The notes beneath the pieces were generated by a model, which did no database searches, was not told the DNA's origin, and saw nothing but the letters and a program-made list of their open reading frames with translations. 64,000 nucleotides of DNA, taken from contig JACRNV010000005.1 of assembly GCA_016214785.1 (NCBI GenBank), positions 21,365-85,364 on the forward strand, in the 5' to 3' direction. Numbering within the stretch: the first letter of the stretch is position 1; every line of letters begins with the position of its first letter. A program made the position numbers and the translations under genes. Source of the stretch: Methanobacteriota archaeon (GTDB taxonomy: Archaea > Thermoplasmatota > Thermoplasmata > SG8-5 > JACRNV01). Below, one piece after another: positions 38,103 to 47,125 of this stretch.

Positions 38103-38986
38103 CCGCCGAGAGCGCCATGGTGGTATTCCAGGGGAAGAACATCCGGCGCAAGTGGCACGAGGGGCAGTGGTACTTCTCGGTCGTCGATGTCGTCGCAGTA
38201 TTGACTGAGAGCACGATACCCAGGCGATACTGGGCGGATCTGAAGGCTAAGCTGGACGAGGAAGGATTTGAACTGTACGAAAAAATCGTACAGTTGAAAC
38301 TGATTGCCGAAGACGGAAAGCTGAGGGAGACAGATTGTGCCAACACAGAGTCCATGTTCCGCATAATCCAGTCAATCCCTTCCAAGAACGCCGAGCCGTT
38401 CAAGAGGTGGCTGGCGAGGGTAGGGTACGAGCGCATCCAGGAGATAGATGACCCCGAGCTGGCGATGGGCCGCATGAAGGAGATCTACCGTGCCAAGGGT
38501 TATTCCGAGGACTGGATCGAGAAGCGGGCCAGGGGCATCGCAGTCAGGAACGAGCTGACGGACGAATGGGAAAAGCGCGACATCGAAAGAGAAACGGAAT
38601 TCGCCATCCTGACCGCGGAGATATCCAGGGCCACCTTCGGCATGACCCCGGGCGAGTACAGGCGCTTCAAGGGGCTCGAACGCGAGAACCTGCGGGACCA
38701 CATGAACGACCTGGAGCTGATATTCACGATGCTCGGGGAGGCCGCCACGACCGAGATAGCCAGGGAGCGCGACGCCCTGGGATTCGGTGAGAACAGGGTG
38801 GCGGCGCGGGAGGGCGGGAGCGTCGCCGGCGACGCGAGGGCGAATCTAGAAAAGAAGACAGGGAAGCGCGTTTCCACCCCCGATAGCTACCTGGGCGCGC
38901 CCGAAAGGGCGAAGCGGCTGGAGCAAGGGCGCCGAAAAGCTAAGAAACGCGATGGAGAGGAGCCCGGCGGGGCGATATCAGAATGA
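38099..38986 (+). CDS. Bro-N domain (antirepressor-like) protein, copy 2, inside the cas operon
   Basis: Same motifs as 7097-7942. GTGA overlap with csb2 and ATGA overlap with cas4-cas1. Confidence 0.88.
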   Translation: MTAESAMVVFQGKNIRRKWHEGQWYFSVVDVVAVLTESTIPRRYWADLKAKLDEEGFELYEKIVQLKLIAEDGKLRETDCANTESMFRIIQSIPSKNAEPFKRWLARVGYERIQEIDDPELAMGRMKEIYRAKGYSEDWIEKRARGIAVRNELTDEWEKRDIERETEFAILTAEISRATFGMTPGEYRRFKGLERENLRDHMNDLELIFTMLGEAATTEIARERDALGFGENRVAAREGGSVAGDARANLEKKTGKRVSTPDSYLGAPERAKRLEQGRRKAKKRDGEEPGGAISE

Positions 38987-40671
38987 AATATCAGGGCGCG
39001 TCTAGTGGAGGAGCGCCCAATCTCATCCCCGCCCGCATGCTCAACGAGTTCGTTTACTGCCCGCGCCTCTTCTATATAGAATACGTCCAAGGAGAGTTCG
39101 AGGATTCCGCGGACACCGTGGAGGGGCATGCTGTCCACCGCCGGGTGGAGAAGGAATCCGGAGAACTGCCATCGCCGGAAGAGTCGGAGGAGGACGAGCA
39201 AATCCACGCTAAGTCCGTCCTCCTTTCCAGCGGGAAGCACGGCATCATAGCGCGCATGGACCTCGTGGAGGGCGAGGGGAACGTAGTAACGCCGGTGGAC
39301 TACAAGCGCGGCGAGAAGCCGGACATCCCCGAAGGCGCATGGCTTCCCGAGCGCGTGCAGATATGCGCCCAGGCACTCGTCCTGCGCGAGAACGGGTACG
39401 CATGCGCCGAAGGGGTCATCTACTATGCAAAATCGAAGGAGCGCGTGACGGTCCCGATAACAGACGAGCTGATTGCGCTCACGCTCGAAAGCCTTGAAAA
39501 GTGCCGAGAGCTTGCAGATTCCAAGACGCCGCCCCCTCCGCTACCGGACAGCCCGAAGTGCCCGCGATGTTCCCTTGCGGGGATATGCCTCCCAGATGAA
39601 TTGAACGCTTTGGCCGCATCCGAGGAATCGTTGGAAACCGAGATAAGGCGGCTGTATCCAGCCAGGGACGATGCCGTGCCTGCCTACGTGACCGATCAGA
39701 GGGCGCTCGTGTCCAAGCGCGGGGACGAACTGGAGGTCAAATCGCAAGGGGAAACCCTGGCAAGGGTCAGGCTAATGGAGATGTCGCATCTTGCCATCTT
39801 CGGCAACGCGCAGATCACCACGCAGGCGATTCGCGAACTTTGCGCGAGGAACAAGTCAATCTGCTTCTTCTCGTCCGGTGGATGGTTCTATGGCATCATA
39901 CGTGGCATGGATCACAAAAACGTCGAGCTTAGGCGGAAACAATATGCCGTGGCCGAAGACCCGTCGAAATCGGTGCAAATCGCCAGAAAGATCGTCGAGG
40001 GAAAGATACGCAATTGCAGAACGATGTTGCGGAGGAATTGTACCGACGTTCCCGATGCGGCTTTGGAGGAGTTGGCTAAATGGGCCGGGCGTGCCTCCGG
40101 AGCCGAAACGCTGGGCGAGTTGCTCGGGATAGAAGGTTCGGCCGGGAGAGTCTATTTCATGCATTTCGGCGGTATGCTGAAGCGCGACAGCCCTGCTGGA
40201 ACGTTCGATTTCGAATCGAGGAACCGCAGGCCGCCTAAAGACCCGGTGAACGCACTTCTATCATACGTCTACGCCATTACGGCAAAGGACGCGACCGTCA
40301 CGCTCATGGCCGTCGGCTTCGATCCGTATCTCGGATTCTTCCACAGACCTAGATACGGCAGACCATCCCTCGCCCTGGATTTGATGGAAGAGTTCAGGCC
40401 GATTGTCGGAGACTCGGTGGTCATAAGTCTCGTGAACAACGATGAGATTTCCAAAAAGGATTTCGTAATCCGTGGGGGTGCGGCTTCGTTAACTGGAGTC
40501 GGTAAAAAAACCGTGATCCGGGCTTACGAAAGGAGGATGGATTCCCAGATAATCCACCCCCTTTTTGGGTATACCGTCAGTTACAGGCGAATAATAGAGG
40601 TGCAGGCGCGGTTGCTCTCCCGATGTCTCTCTGGCGAACTGGCTGAGTACCCAATGTTCTGTACGAGGTAA
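38983..40671 (+). CDS. cas1: Cas4-Cas1 fusion
   Basis: Cas4 part: FVYCPR, PVDYKRG, QICAQ and CPRCSL...C. Cas1 part: GIEG, RRPPKDPVNALLS and LALDLMEEFRP. Confidence 0.95.
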   Translation: MKYQGASSGGAPNLIPARMLNEFVYCPRLFYIEYVQGEFEDSADTVEGHAVHRRVEKESGELPSPEESEEDEQIHAKSVLLSSGKHGIIARMDLVEGEGNVVTPVDYKRGEKPDIPEGAWLPERVQICAQALVLRENGYACAEGVIYYAKSKERVTVPITDELIALTLESLEKCRELADSKTPPPPLPDSPKCPRCSLAGICLPDELNALAASEESLETEIRRLYPARDDAVPAYVTDQRALVSKRGDELEVKSQGETLARVRLMEMSHLAIFGNAQITTQAIRELCARNKSICFFSSGGWFYGIIRGMDHKNVELRRKQYAVAEDPSKSVQIARKIVEGKIRNCRTMLRRNCTDVPDAALEELAKWAGRASGAETLGELLGIEGSAGRVYFMHFGGMLKRDSPAGTFDFESRNRRPPKDPVNALLSYVYAITAKDATVTLMAVGFDPYLGFFHRPRYGRPSLALDLMEEFRPIVGDSVVISLVNNDEISKKDFVIRGGAASLTGVGKKTVIRAYERRMDSQIIHPLFGYTVSYRRIIEVQARLLSRCLSGELAEYPMFCTR

Positions 40672-40673
40672 CC

Positions 40674-40964
40674 ATGCGAAACAAATACTTAGTCGGTTAC
40701 GACATATCGGACGACAAACGGCTTAACAAAGTCTTCACAATCATGCAGGGATACGGAGAGCGACTTCAGTATTCCGTGTTCATATGCGACCTTTCGCCGA
40801 GAGAAAAGGCCACCCTCGAAGCGACCTTGACCGAGCATATTAATCATACAGAAGATTGCATAATGATGGTTGACCTCGGCAGTGGCGAAGGCGCACTCGC
40901 AGAGAAGATTCAATTTATTGGCATACGAAAAACCATTCCTGAACGGCGGGCGGTGATCGTGTGA
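40674..40964 (+). CDS. cas2: CRISPR-associated endonuclease Cas2
   Basis: YLVGYDISDDKR ... GERLQYSVF. Confidence 0.95.
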   Translation: MRNKYLVGYDISDDKRLNKVFTIMQGYGERLQYSVFICDLSPREKATLEATLTEHINHTEDCIMMVDLGSGEGALAEKIQFIGIRKTIPERRAVIV

Positions 40965-41299
40965 GAGCCAAACTCGCCCGTTCACGGCGCCGATGAAAAC
41001 ACCCTGCGACGGCAGGAACCTAAAAGGACCGCCCTCATCGGTGTCGACAATAGTAAGGCCGTCTAGTTCGAGCGCCTACGTGGCGAAAGCGGTGCGGGTA
41101 GGCGCTCGAAGCCCTTTATGCCGTCGGGCAGAGATGTGACGCAGCAGAATCTTGCACCGTTTACGTCCTCAGGACACGCAGCTCTCGAAATATATATCAT
41201 GAGAGTTCCATTAAATTTAATACAGGCATCGCCCATATCAACGACGCATAAGACCTCGCAAATCCGATGAAAAAGGTACAAATGCGGGTTTTTGAGGCC
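40965..41299 (+). promoter_or_regulatory. CRISPR leader with a 13-bp perfect inverted repeat (41067-41079 / 41098-41110)
   Basis: Non-coding region between cas2 and the first repeat. TTCGAGCGCCTAC...GTAGGCGCTCGAA; AT-rich TATA-like tracts near 41190-41220. Confidence 0.75.
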
Positions 41300-42207
41300 G
41301 TTTCCACGGATGAAAATCCGTGGCCCCATTGAAGCCCCGCTTCTTTTCGCTTTCCGTGCTGGTCGCCCTAGCGTTTCCACGGATGAAAATCCGTGGCCCC
41401 ATTGAAGCAAACCCGTTCGGCTGTATTCGACCCTAACACGGCGTGTTTCCACGGATGAAAATCCGTGGCCCCATTGAAGCCAGGGCACTGCCGCCGGCGC
41501 CGGCAATGTCACGTGCAGTTTCCACGGATGAAAATCCGTGGCCCCATTGAAGCCTTGAATTGGAAAGTCATAGTTGGGTAAATGCCATGGTTTCCACGGA
41601 TGAAAATCCGTGGCCCCATTGAAGCCTGCGCCCCCGCCGACGAGGGCAGGGAGGAACTGCCCGTTTCCACGGATGAAAATCCGTGGCCCCATTGAAGCGG
41701 GCCATCGGCGGGGGCGAGCGCCAAGCCCGACCTGGTTTCCACGGATGAAAATCCGTGGCCCCATTGAAGCCTGCGGGACGACCAGTCCGCGAGCTTGTCT
41801 GGTCGCGTTTCCACGGATGAAAATCCGTGGCCCCATTGAAGCTTTGGAAGGTGCCGCCCAACGCCGCCTCCAGGGATGGTTTCCACGGATGAAAATCCGT
41901 GGCCCCATTGAAGCACCGGGTTGATGAGCGCGACCGTCCACTTCAGGACTTCCGTTTCCACGGATGAAAATCCGTGGCCCCATTGAAGCATTATTCGAGG
42001 AATAAATATTTCGGCGTGAGATAAAAGTTTCCACGGATGAAAATCCGTGGCCCCATTGAAGCTCAGATTGAAATAATCGCAAATGGAAATAAAACAAGTT
42101 TCCACGGATGAAAATCCGTGGCCCCATTGAAGCAGGTGGTAATGGCGGGCTCACTGGGAGCTACCGAGCCCGTTTCCACGGATGAAAATCCGTGGCCCCC
42201 ATTGTGA
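41300..42207 (+). CRISPR. CRISPR array: 13 repeats (GTTTCCACGGATGAAAATCCGTGGCCCCATTGAAGC, 36 bp; last degenerate), 12 spacers of 35-39 bp
   Basis: Repeats start at 41300, 41373, 41445, 41518, 41590, 41663, 41735, 41807, 41879, 41954, 42027, 42098 and 42172. Internal hairpin CCACGGAT/ATCCGTGG and 3' ATTGAAGC. Confidence 0.98.
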
Positions 42208-42222
42208 ATAGTTGTTTCTATC

Positions 42223-43041
42223 TCAAACAATGAACGGCCACGCCAGCAGCGCGACCCCCAGCCCGACGCAGTACGGCGCGAACCACCACATGCCGTTCCT
42301 CTTGGCGATGAACATCATAGCCTTGAGGCACAGGAAGCCGACGAGCGCGGCTGCGAGAGCGCCGACGGCCATCGGCAGCAGGTCCGCCCGGGCGAGGGCG
42401 CCGATGTCGAATATCTTCAGCGCCGCAGCGCCTATCACCGCCGGTATCATCGCGAGGAACGAGAACTTCCCCGCGTCCTCGCGCGAGACGCCCATCAGCG
42501 CCGCCGCGCCCACGGTCAGGCCCGAGCGCGAGAGCGACGAGAAGACCGAGAGCCCCTGGGCGGCGCCGACTGTTGCGGCCTCCGGCGCTCCCATCTGTCT
42601 TTCCTTCGGCTTCGCGAAATAGGTTGTCGCGAGGAAAATGCCCGTTACGATGAAACCCGCGCCCAGGAACGCCAGCGAGGTGAAGTCCCCGCCGCCGAGG
42701 TACCTGTCCAGCAGGAAGCCGATTATCGCCGTCGGAATCGACGCGAGGAGTATGAGCCATCCCCAGAGCCGCGCCTTCTTCCCGAAGAGCGCGGCCTTCC
42801 TGTTCCCTGGCCTCGTCGCCTCCGAGATGCCGCGCGCCCAGTCGCCGACTATCGCTACGACATCCTTGCGGAAATAGACGATGACGACGGCCAGCGTCGC
42901 GACGTGCAGCACGACGTCGTAGGCGACCGTCCCCTCGCCCATGTAGAGCTGCGCCAGCGCCAGGTGGCCGCTGCTGCTCAGGGGGAGCCACTCGGTCAGC
43001 CCTTGTACGATTCCCAAGACCAGCGCCTGGAAGACTTCCAT
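42223..43041 (-). CDS. uppP: Undecaprenyl-diphosphatase (BacA/UppP family)
   Basis: Motifs LGIVQGLTEWLPLSSSGHL, SRSGLT and FSFL. Confidence 0.92.
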   Translation of the reverse strand: MEVFQALVLGIVQGLTEWLPLSSSGHLALAQLYMGEGTVAYDVVLHVATLAVVIVYFRKDVVAIVGDWARGISEATRPGNRKAALFGKKARLWGWLILLASIPTAIIGFLLDRYLGGGDFTSLAFLGAGFIVTGIFLATTYFAKPKERQMGAPEAATVGAAQGLSVFSSLSRSGLTVGAAALMGVSREDAGKFSFLAMIPAVIGAAALKIFDIGALARADLLPMAVGALAAALVGFLCLKAMMFIAKRNGMWWFAPYCVGLGVALLAWPFIV

Positions 43042-43044
43042 CGA

Positions 43045-43572
43045 TCACCCTGTCTTCTTCAGAGAGCCGGGATACCTGCGCCTCGCCAGCTCCTCGTACA
43101 TTCCCTTGAACTTCGTCCACTGGGTCCTGAAATCGTCGTCTATCTCCCCGACCACCTTCGCCGGGACGCCGACGGCGATGGCCTTCGCTGGAATCTCCTG
43201 CTTGTTCTTCACGACCGCGCCCTCGCCGACGACGGCCCACTCGCCGACGACGGAGTAATCGGAGACGACGGCGCCCATGCCGATGACGGCGAAGTCCCTC
43301 ACCGTGCAATTGTGGACGATGGCGCCGTGGCCGACTGTGACCGACTTGCCAATCTCAAGGCGCTCCCCCGGCCTCGCGTGGAGGACGCAGTTGTCCTCGA
43401 TGGCCGTGCCACGGCCTACTATGATCGTTCCGTAGTCTCCCCTGACCCGCGCCCCCGGGCCCACGTAGCAGTTCTCGCCCAGGGTGACGTCGCCGATCAA
43501 GTCCGCAGTGTCGTGGATGTACGAGCCGCTCCCGGCCTTTGGCCGCTTGCCCTCGAACTCGTAGGCGGCCAT
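43045..43572 (-). CDS. Gamma carbonic anhydrase family (hexapeptide repeat) protein
   Basis: Motifs IGDVTLG, RGDYG, IEDNCVLH, VGHGAIVH and GVPAK. Confidence 0.9.
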   Translation of the reverse strand: MAAYEFEGKRPKAGSGSYIHDTADLIGDVTLGENCYVGPGARVRGDYGTIIVGRGTAIEDNCVLHARPGERLEIGKSVTVGHGAIVHNCTVRDFAVIGMGAVVSDYSVVGEWAVVGEGAVVKNKQEIPAKAIAVGVPAKVVGEIDDDFRTQWTKFKGMYEELARRRYPGSLKKTG

Positions 43573-43573
43573 T

Positions 43574-44599
43574 TCAGTACCTCTTGTAGCTCAGGCCCAT
43601 GTGCGGCACCGTGACGCCCCTTCCCTTTGCGACGCCCCCGACCCGCTTGGCGGTGGCGCCGTTCGCCCTCAGAATCCTGATTGCCTTGGGCACCTCGCCC
43701 TCTGGCAGCACCACCGCGAAGCCCATCCCCATGTTGAATATCTGGTACATCTCCTCGTCGGTGACGCGCCCCTCCTTCTGCATCCAGTCGAAGATTGCCT
43801 GCGGCTCCAGGGGCTCCTCGAACCTGAACTCCACCCCGTCCTTGAGGCGCACGAGGTTCCTCAGCCCGCCTCCTGTGATGTTGGCCATCCCGTGGACCCG
43901 GCACTTCTTCAGCATCTCCAGGACCGGCTTGACGTAGAGCTTGGTCGGCGTCAAAAGCTCCTCGCCTATGGATCGGTCCAATTCTCTCGGACGAGCCTTC
44001 CACGAGAGCCCGGCGAGGTTGACAATCTTCCGCGCAAGCGTGAGCCCGTTGGAATGGATGCCGCTGCTCTCCAACCCGATGACTGCATCGCCGACCTTTA
44101 TCTTCGAGCCCGTGACTATATCCTTCTTTTTTACCATGCCCAGGCATGTCCCCCCGAGGTCGGCGCCATTGACGAGCTCCGGTACGACGGCGATCTCCCC
44201 TCCGATGATGCTGACGTTGGACATCCTCGCTCCCTCGTTCAAGCCGACGCCTATCTGCCGCGTCCTATCGGAGTCCGGCCTGTCAATCGATATGAAGTCT
44301 ACGAAGGCCAGGGGTTCCGCGCCGACGCAAATCATGTCGTTGACGTTCATCGCCATGCAATCGATACCTATGGTGTCCCATTTCTTCATCTCGTTGGCGA
44401 CGATTATTTTCGTGCCGACGGTGTCCGTACACAGCGAAAGTGCGTAATCGCCGAAGTCGATCAGGCCCGTGAAGTGCCCGCCGATGTCGAGCATCCTCCC
44501 CTTCCCCTTCCTCCTAAATTCGAGGGTCTGGACAAGGTGAGATATCGCGTTCGACTTCCCGTCTATGTCAACGCCCGCTTTCGCGTAAGTCATCCCCAT
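43574..44599 (-). CDS. purM: Phosphoribosylformylglycinamidine cyclo-ligase (AIR synthetase)
   Basis: Motifs YAKAGVDI, DTVGTK, AMNVND, GGE, SSGIHSNG, ITGGG and FNMGMG. Confidence 0.95.
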   Translation of the reverse strand: MGMTYAKAGVDIDGKSNAISHLVQTLEFRRKGKGRMLDIGGHFTGLIDFGDYALSLCTDTVGTKIIVANEMKKWDTIGIDCMAMNVNDMICVGAEPLAFVDFISIDRPDSDRTRQIGVGLNEGARMSNVSIIGGEIAVVPELVNGADLGGTCLGMVKKKDIVTGSKIKVGDAVIGLESSGIHSNGLTLARKIVNLAGLSWKARPRELDRSIGEELLTPTKLYVKPVLEMLKKCRVHGMANITGGGLRNLVRLKDGVEFRFEEPLEPQAIFDWMQKEGRVTDEEMYQIFNMGMGFAVVLPEGEVPKAIRILRANGATAKRVGGVAKGRGVTVPHMGLSYKRY

Positions 44600-44682
44600 G
44601 TGATCACAGCACCGTATCGGCAATGGGGTAAGAAAAGGTTGCGGGGGGGATGTTAGAGGATTAACAGCCAAATCCTTTCCGT

Positions 44683-44719
44683 GGGGGTCAAGGGGGATTT
44701 CCGCGGAAATCCCCTTGTG
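44683..44719 (-). repeat. 37-bp palindromic dispersed element, copy B
   Basis: Inverted copy of 28899-28935; like copy A, it lies between divergent genes. Confidence 0.8.
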
Positions 44720-44758
44720 GGGCGCAAGTAATATATATCCGCATCGCGATTCTCCACC

Positions 44759-45502
44759 GTGATGGGATACATAGCCGCCATAGCGCTCTGCGCGGTCATG
44801 GCCGGGCTGGCCTACTGGCGCGGCCTGCTGTCGGGCGCGGGCTCCGCGGCAGCGCTCGCCGTCGGCATCCTCATCGCCGTATTCGGCGGCCTGGGATGGG
44901 TTCTCATCCTCCTGATATTCCTACTTTCCAGCTTCGCCGCCACGCGCTACCGGTTCGAGGCGAAGAAGGCCATGGGCCTGGAGGAGGGCGCGAGGGGCGA
45001 GCGCGGGCCGGCTAACGTCCTGGCCAACGGCGCCGTTGCCTGCGCGGCGGCGGTCGCGTACTTCTTCTTCCGGCAGTTGGACGCTACGCTTGGAAACATG
45101 GCCGTCGTCCTTTTCCTCGTCGCAGTTGCGACCGCCGCATCGGACACGCTCGCCTCCGAGCTCGGCGTCCTCTCCCCGAAGGCGTACCTCATTACCAACG
45201 GGAAACGCGTGCCGCCCGGGACGAACGGCGGCGTCTCTGGCATGGGGACCGTATGGGCGCTAGTCGCCGCTGCGTATGTCTCTGCGGTGGGCAACATCGT
45301 CCTACTTCTGACGGGGGCGATCCAACCGACCGCGATGTCCGTCTTCCTCCCAATCCTCTTCGGCTTCGTCGGCTGCCAGGTCGACAGCGTCTTCGGCGCG
45401 CTCCTCGAGAACAGGGGGCTCATCTCGAAGCAGACAAATAATTTATATTCAATCGCGCTAGCCACGCTGATGGCCGCGGTGGTGATGCTGTGCCTGAGAT
45501 GA
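44759..45502 (+). CDS. DUF92 (TIGR00297) membrane protein
   Basis: Motifs RG.ANVLANG, SDTLASELG, VPPGTNGGVS..G, DSVFGA.LE and N. Confidence 0.88.
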   Translation: MMGYIAAIALCAVMAGLAYWRGLLSGAGSAAALAVGILIAVFGGLGWVLILLIFLLSSFAATRYRFEAKKAMGLEEGARGERGPANVLANGAVACAAAVAYFFFRQLDATLGNMAVVLFLVAVATAASDTLASELGVLSPKAYLITNGKRVPPGTNGGVSGMGTVWALVAAAYVSAVGNIVLLLTGAIQPTAMSVFLPILFGFVGCQVDSVFGALLENRGLISKQTNNLYSIALATLMAAVVMLCLR

Positions 45503-46704
45503 AGGCAGTCATGGTCATATGCGACGGCATGGGGGACCGCCCGATAGGATCGCTAGGTTACAAGACGCCGCTGCAGACTGCGAAAAAGCCTAATTTTGAC
45601 CGCGTCGCCAAGGACGGCATGTGCGGTCTCATGTACACCATCGGCCCCGGGATAACTCCGGGAAGCGACACCGCGCACCTTGCTCTGCTGGGCTACGACC
45701 CCGTGCCCATCTACACCGGTCGCGGGCCTTTCGAGGCCATGGGCATCGGCATGGAGGTCAGGCCCGGCGACGTCGCCTTCAGATGCAACTTCGCCACCGT
45801 CGACGGGAACAAGGTAATTGACCGTCGGGCCGGTCGCATCCGCGATGGGACACAAGAGCTCGCCGCCGCCGTCTCCGGCATGGAGATCGAAGGCGTGAAA
45901 ATTATAGTCAGGGAGGGCGTCGAGCACAGGGGCGTCCTCATCCTGCGCGGGGAAGGGCTAGATCCGCACGTCGGCGACATCGACCCGCACAAGGAACAGG
46001 TGCCAATGCTTGTTTCCAAAGCCCTCAAACCATCTGCGGAAAAAACTGCAAGGATATTAAATACATTCACAACGGAATCGATGAAAATCCTCTCCGAATC
46101 CGACCTGAACAAGGGAAGGGAGAGGCCCGCGAATGCAATCTTAGCGCGCGGGCCGGGACAGGCGCCGCACATTCCCCAATTCCAGGAGAAGCACGGCATG
46201 AAGGGCGCGGTCGTCGTCGGCATCCCGCTCGTCAGGGGCCTGTGCAGGTTCGCCGGTCTCGAGGTCCGCGACGTGCAGGGCGCGACCGGCTCCATAGACA
46301 CCAACTTCGAGGGGAAGGCGCGCGCAGTTGCGGCTGCGCTCAAGACAAATGACTTTGTCCTATTGCATTTCAAGGCCCCCGACGTCTACAGCCACGACCG
46401 GAAGCCAGCAGGCAAGGTCAAGGGCGTCCAGGACATTGACCGCGCCATCGGCATCATGCTGGAGGAGATTGGAGACGAGGCGGTCATAGCGCTCACCGCC
46501 GACCACACGACCCCGTGCGAGGTCGGCGACCATACGGCGGACCCGGTGCCGCTCGCGATATGGGGGAAGGGGCTGCGCGCAGACGCCGTGAAGAAGTACG
46601 ACGAGATATCGTGCGCGTCCGGTATGCACAACGGGGTGCGCGGCGTCGACCTGATACCGCTGCTGAAAGGGTACGCGAACAGGAGCGCGAAGTACGGGGC
46701 GTAA
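45499..46704 (+). CDS. apgM: 2,3-bisphosphoglycerate-independent phosphoglycerate mutase
   Basis: Motifs DGMGDRP, PGSDTAHL, GRGPFEA, AFRCNFAT, D..SH and TADHTTP...GDH. Confidence 0.94.
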   Translation: MKAVMVICDGMGDRPIGSLGYKTPLQTAKKPNFDRVAKDGMCGLMYTIGPGITPGSDTAHLALLGYDPVPIYTGRGPFEAMGIGMEVRPGDVAFRCNFATVDGNKVIDRRAGRIRDGTQELAAAVSGMEIEGVKIIVREGVEHRGVLILRGEGLDPHVGDIDPHKEQVPMLVSKALKPSAEKTARILNTFTTESMKILSESDLNKGRERPANAILARGPGQAPHIPQFQEKHGMKGAVVVGIPLVRGLCRFAGLEVRDVQGATGSIDTNFEGKARAVAAALKTNDFVLLHFKAPDVYSHDRKPAGKVKGVQDIDRAIGIMLEEIGDEAVIALTADHTTPCEVGDHTADPVPLAIWGKGLRADAVKKYDEISCASGMHNGVRGVDLIPLLKGYANRSAKYGA

Positions 46705-46729
46705 CTTGGATGGAAAAATTAAAAATATT

Positions 46730-46975
46730 ATGAAAAATGAACAACCTCGTTCAAAATTATTCGAGAATATTAAAAGAGATTATTGGTGGCTATCTATTTG
46801 CGCAGGCATTATCGCTTTAATTCTATCTGGTATTTATTTTATAGGTACATTGCCAGATAGTGATATTCCATCTGAACAAATAAATTATTCCACAGTATAT
46901 ATTTTTACGTCTATACCGACAATGATTGGATTGATGTTGATTGTCATTGGAATCAGATTAAAATTTACAGAGTGA
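46730..46975 (+). CDS. Small AT-rich two-TM hypothetical protein
   Basis: Two hydrophobic segments in an AT-rich patch after apgM; start 46706 (TTG) or 46730 (ATG). Confidence 0.55.
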   Translation: MKNEQPRSKLFENIKRDYWWLSICAGIIALILSGIYFIGTLPDSDIPSEQINYSTVYIFTSIPTMIGLMLIVIGIRLKFTE

Positions 46976-47125
46976 AATATTGATAATGAGTGAAGGATTA
47001 GACCTTTTCACTCAGATAGTGGAATTCGACTATTGCATTTATCTACGAAGAATTCCACATTAACATTTTTCGTCCGGGTTGATAAGGGAATTCGATTCCC
47101 ATTATCTTACGCCGGGAGAATGCCC

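Noticed and set aside
41990-42026. Possible self-targeting of spacer 10 to about 46757 (ATTATTCGAG)
   Set aside because: Only about 10 nt match, which is expected by chance in AT-rich sequence.
41063-42154. Long minus-strand ORFs (363 aa, 198 aa) with repeated peptides
   Set aside because: They are translations of the CRISPR repeats.
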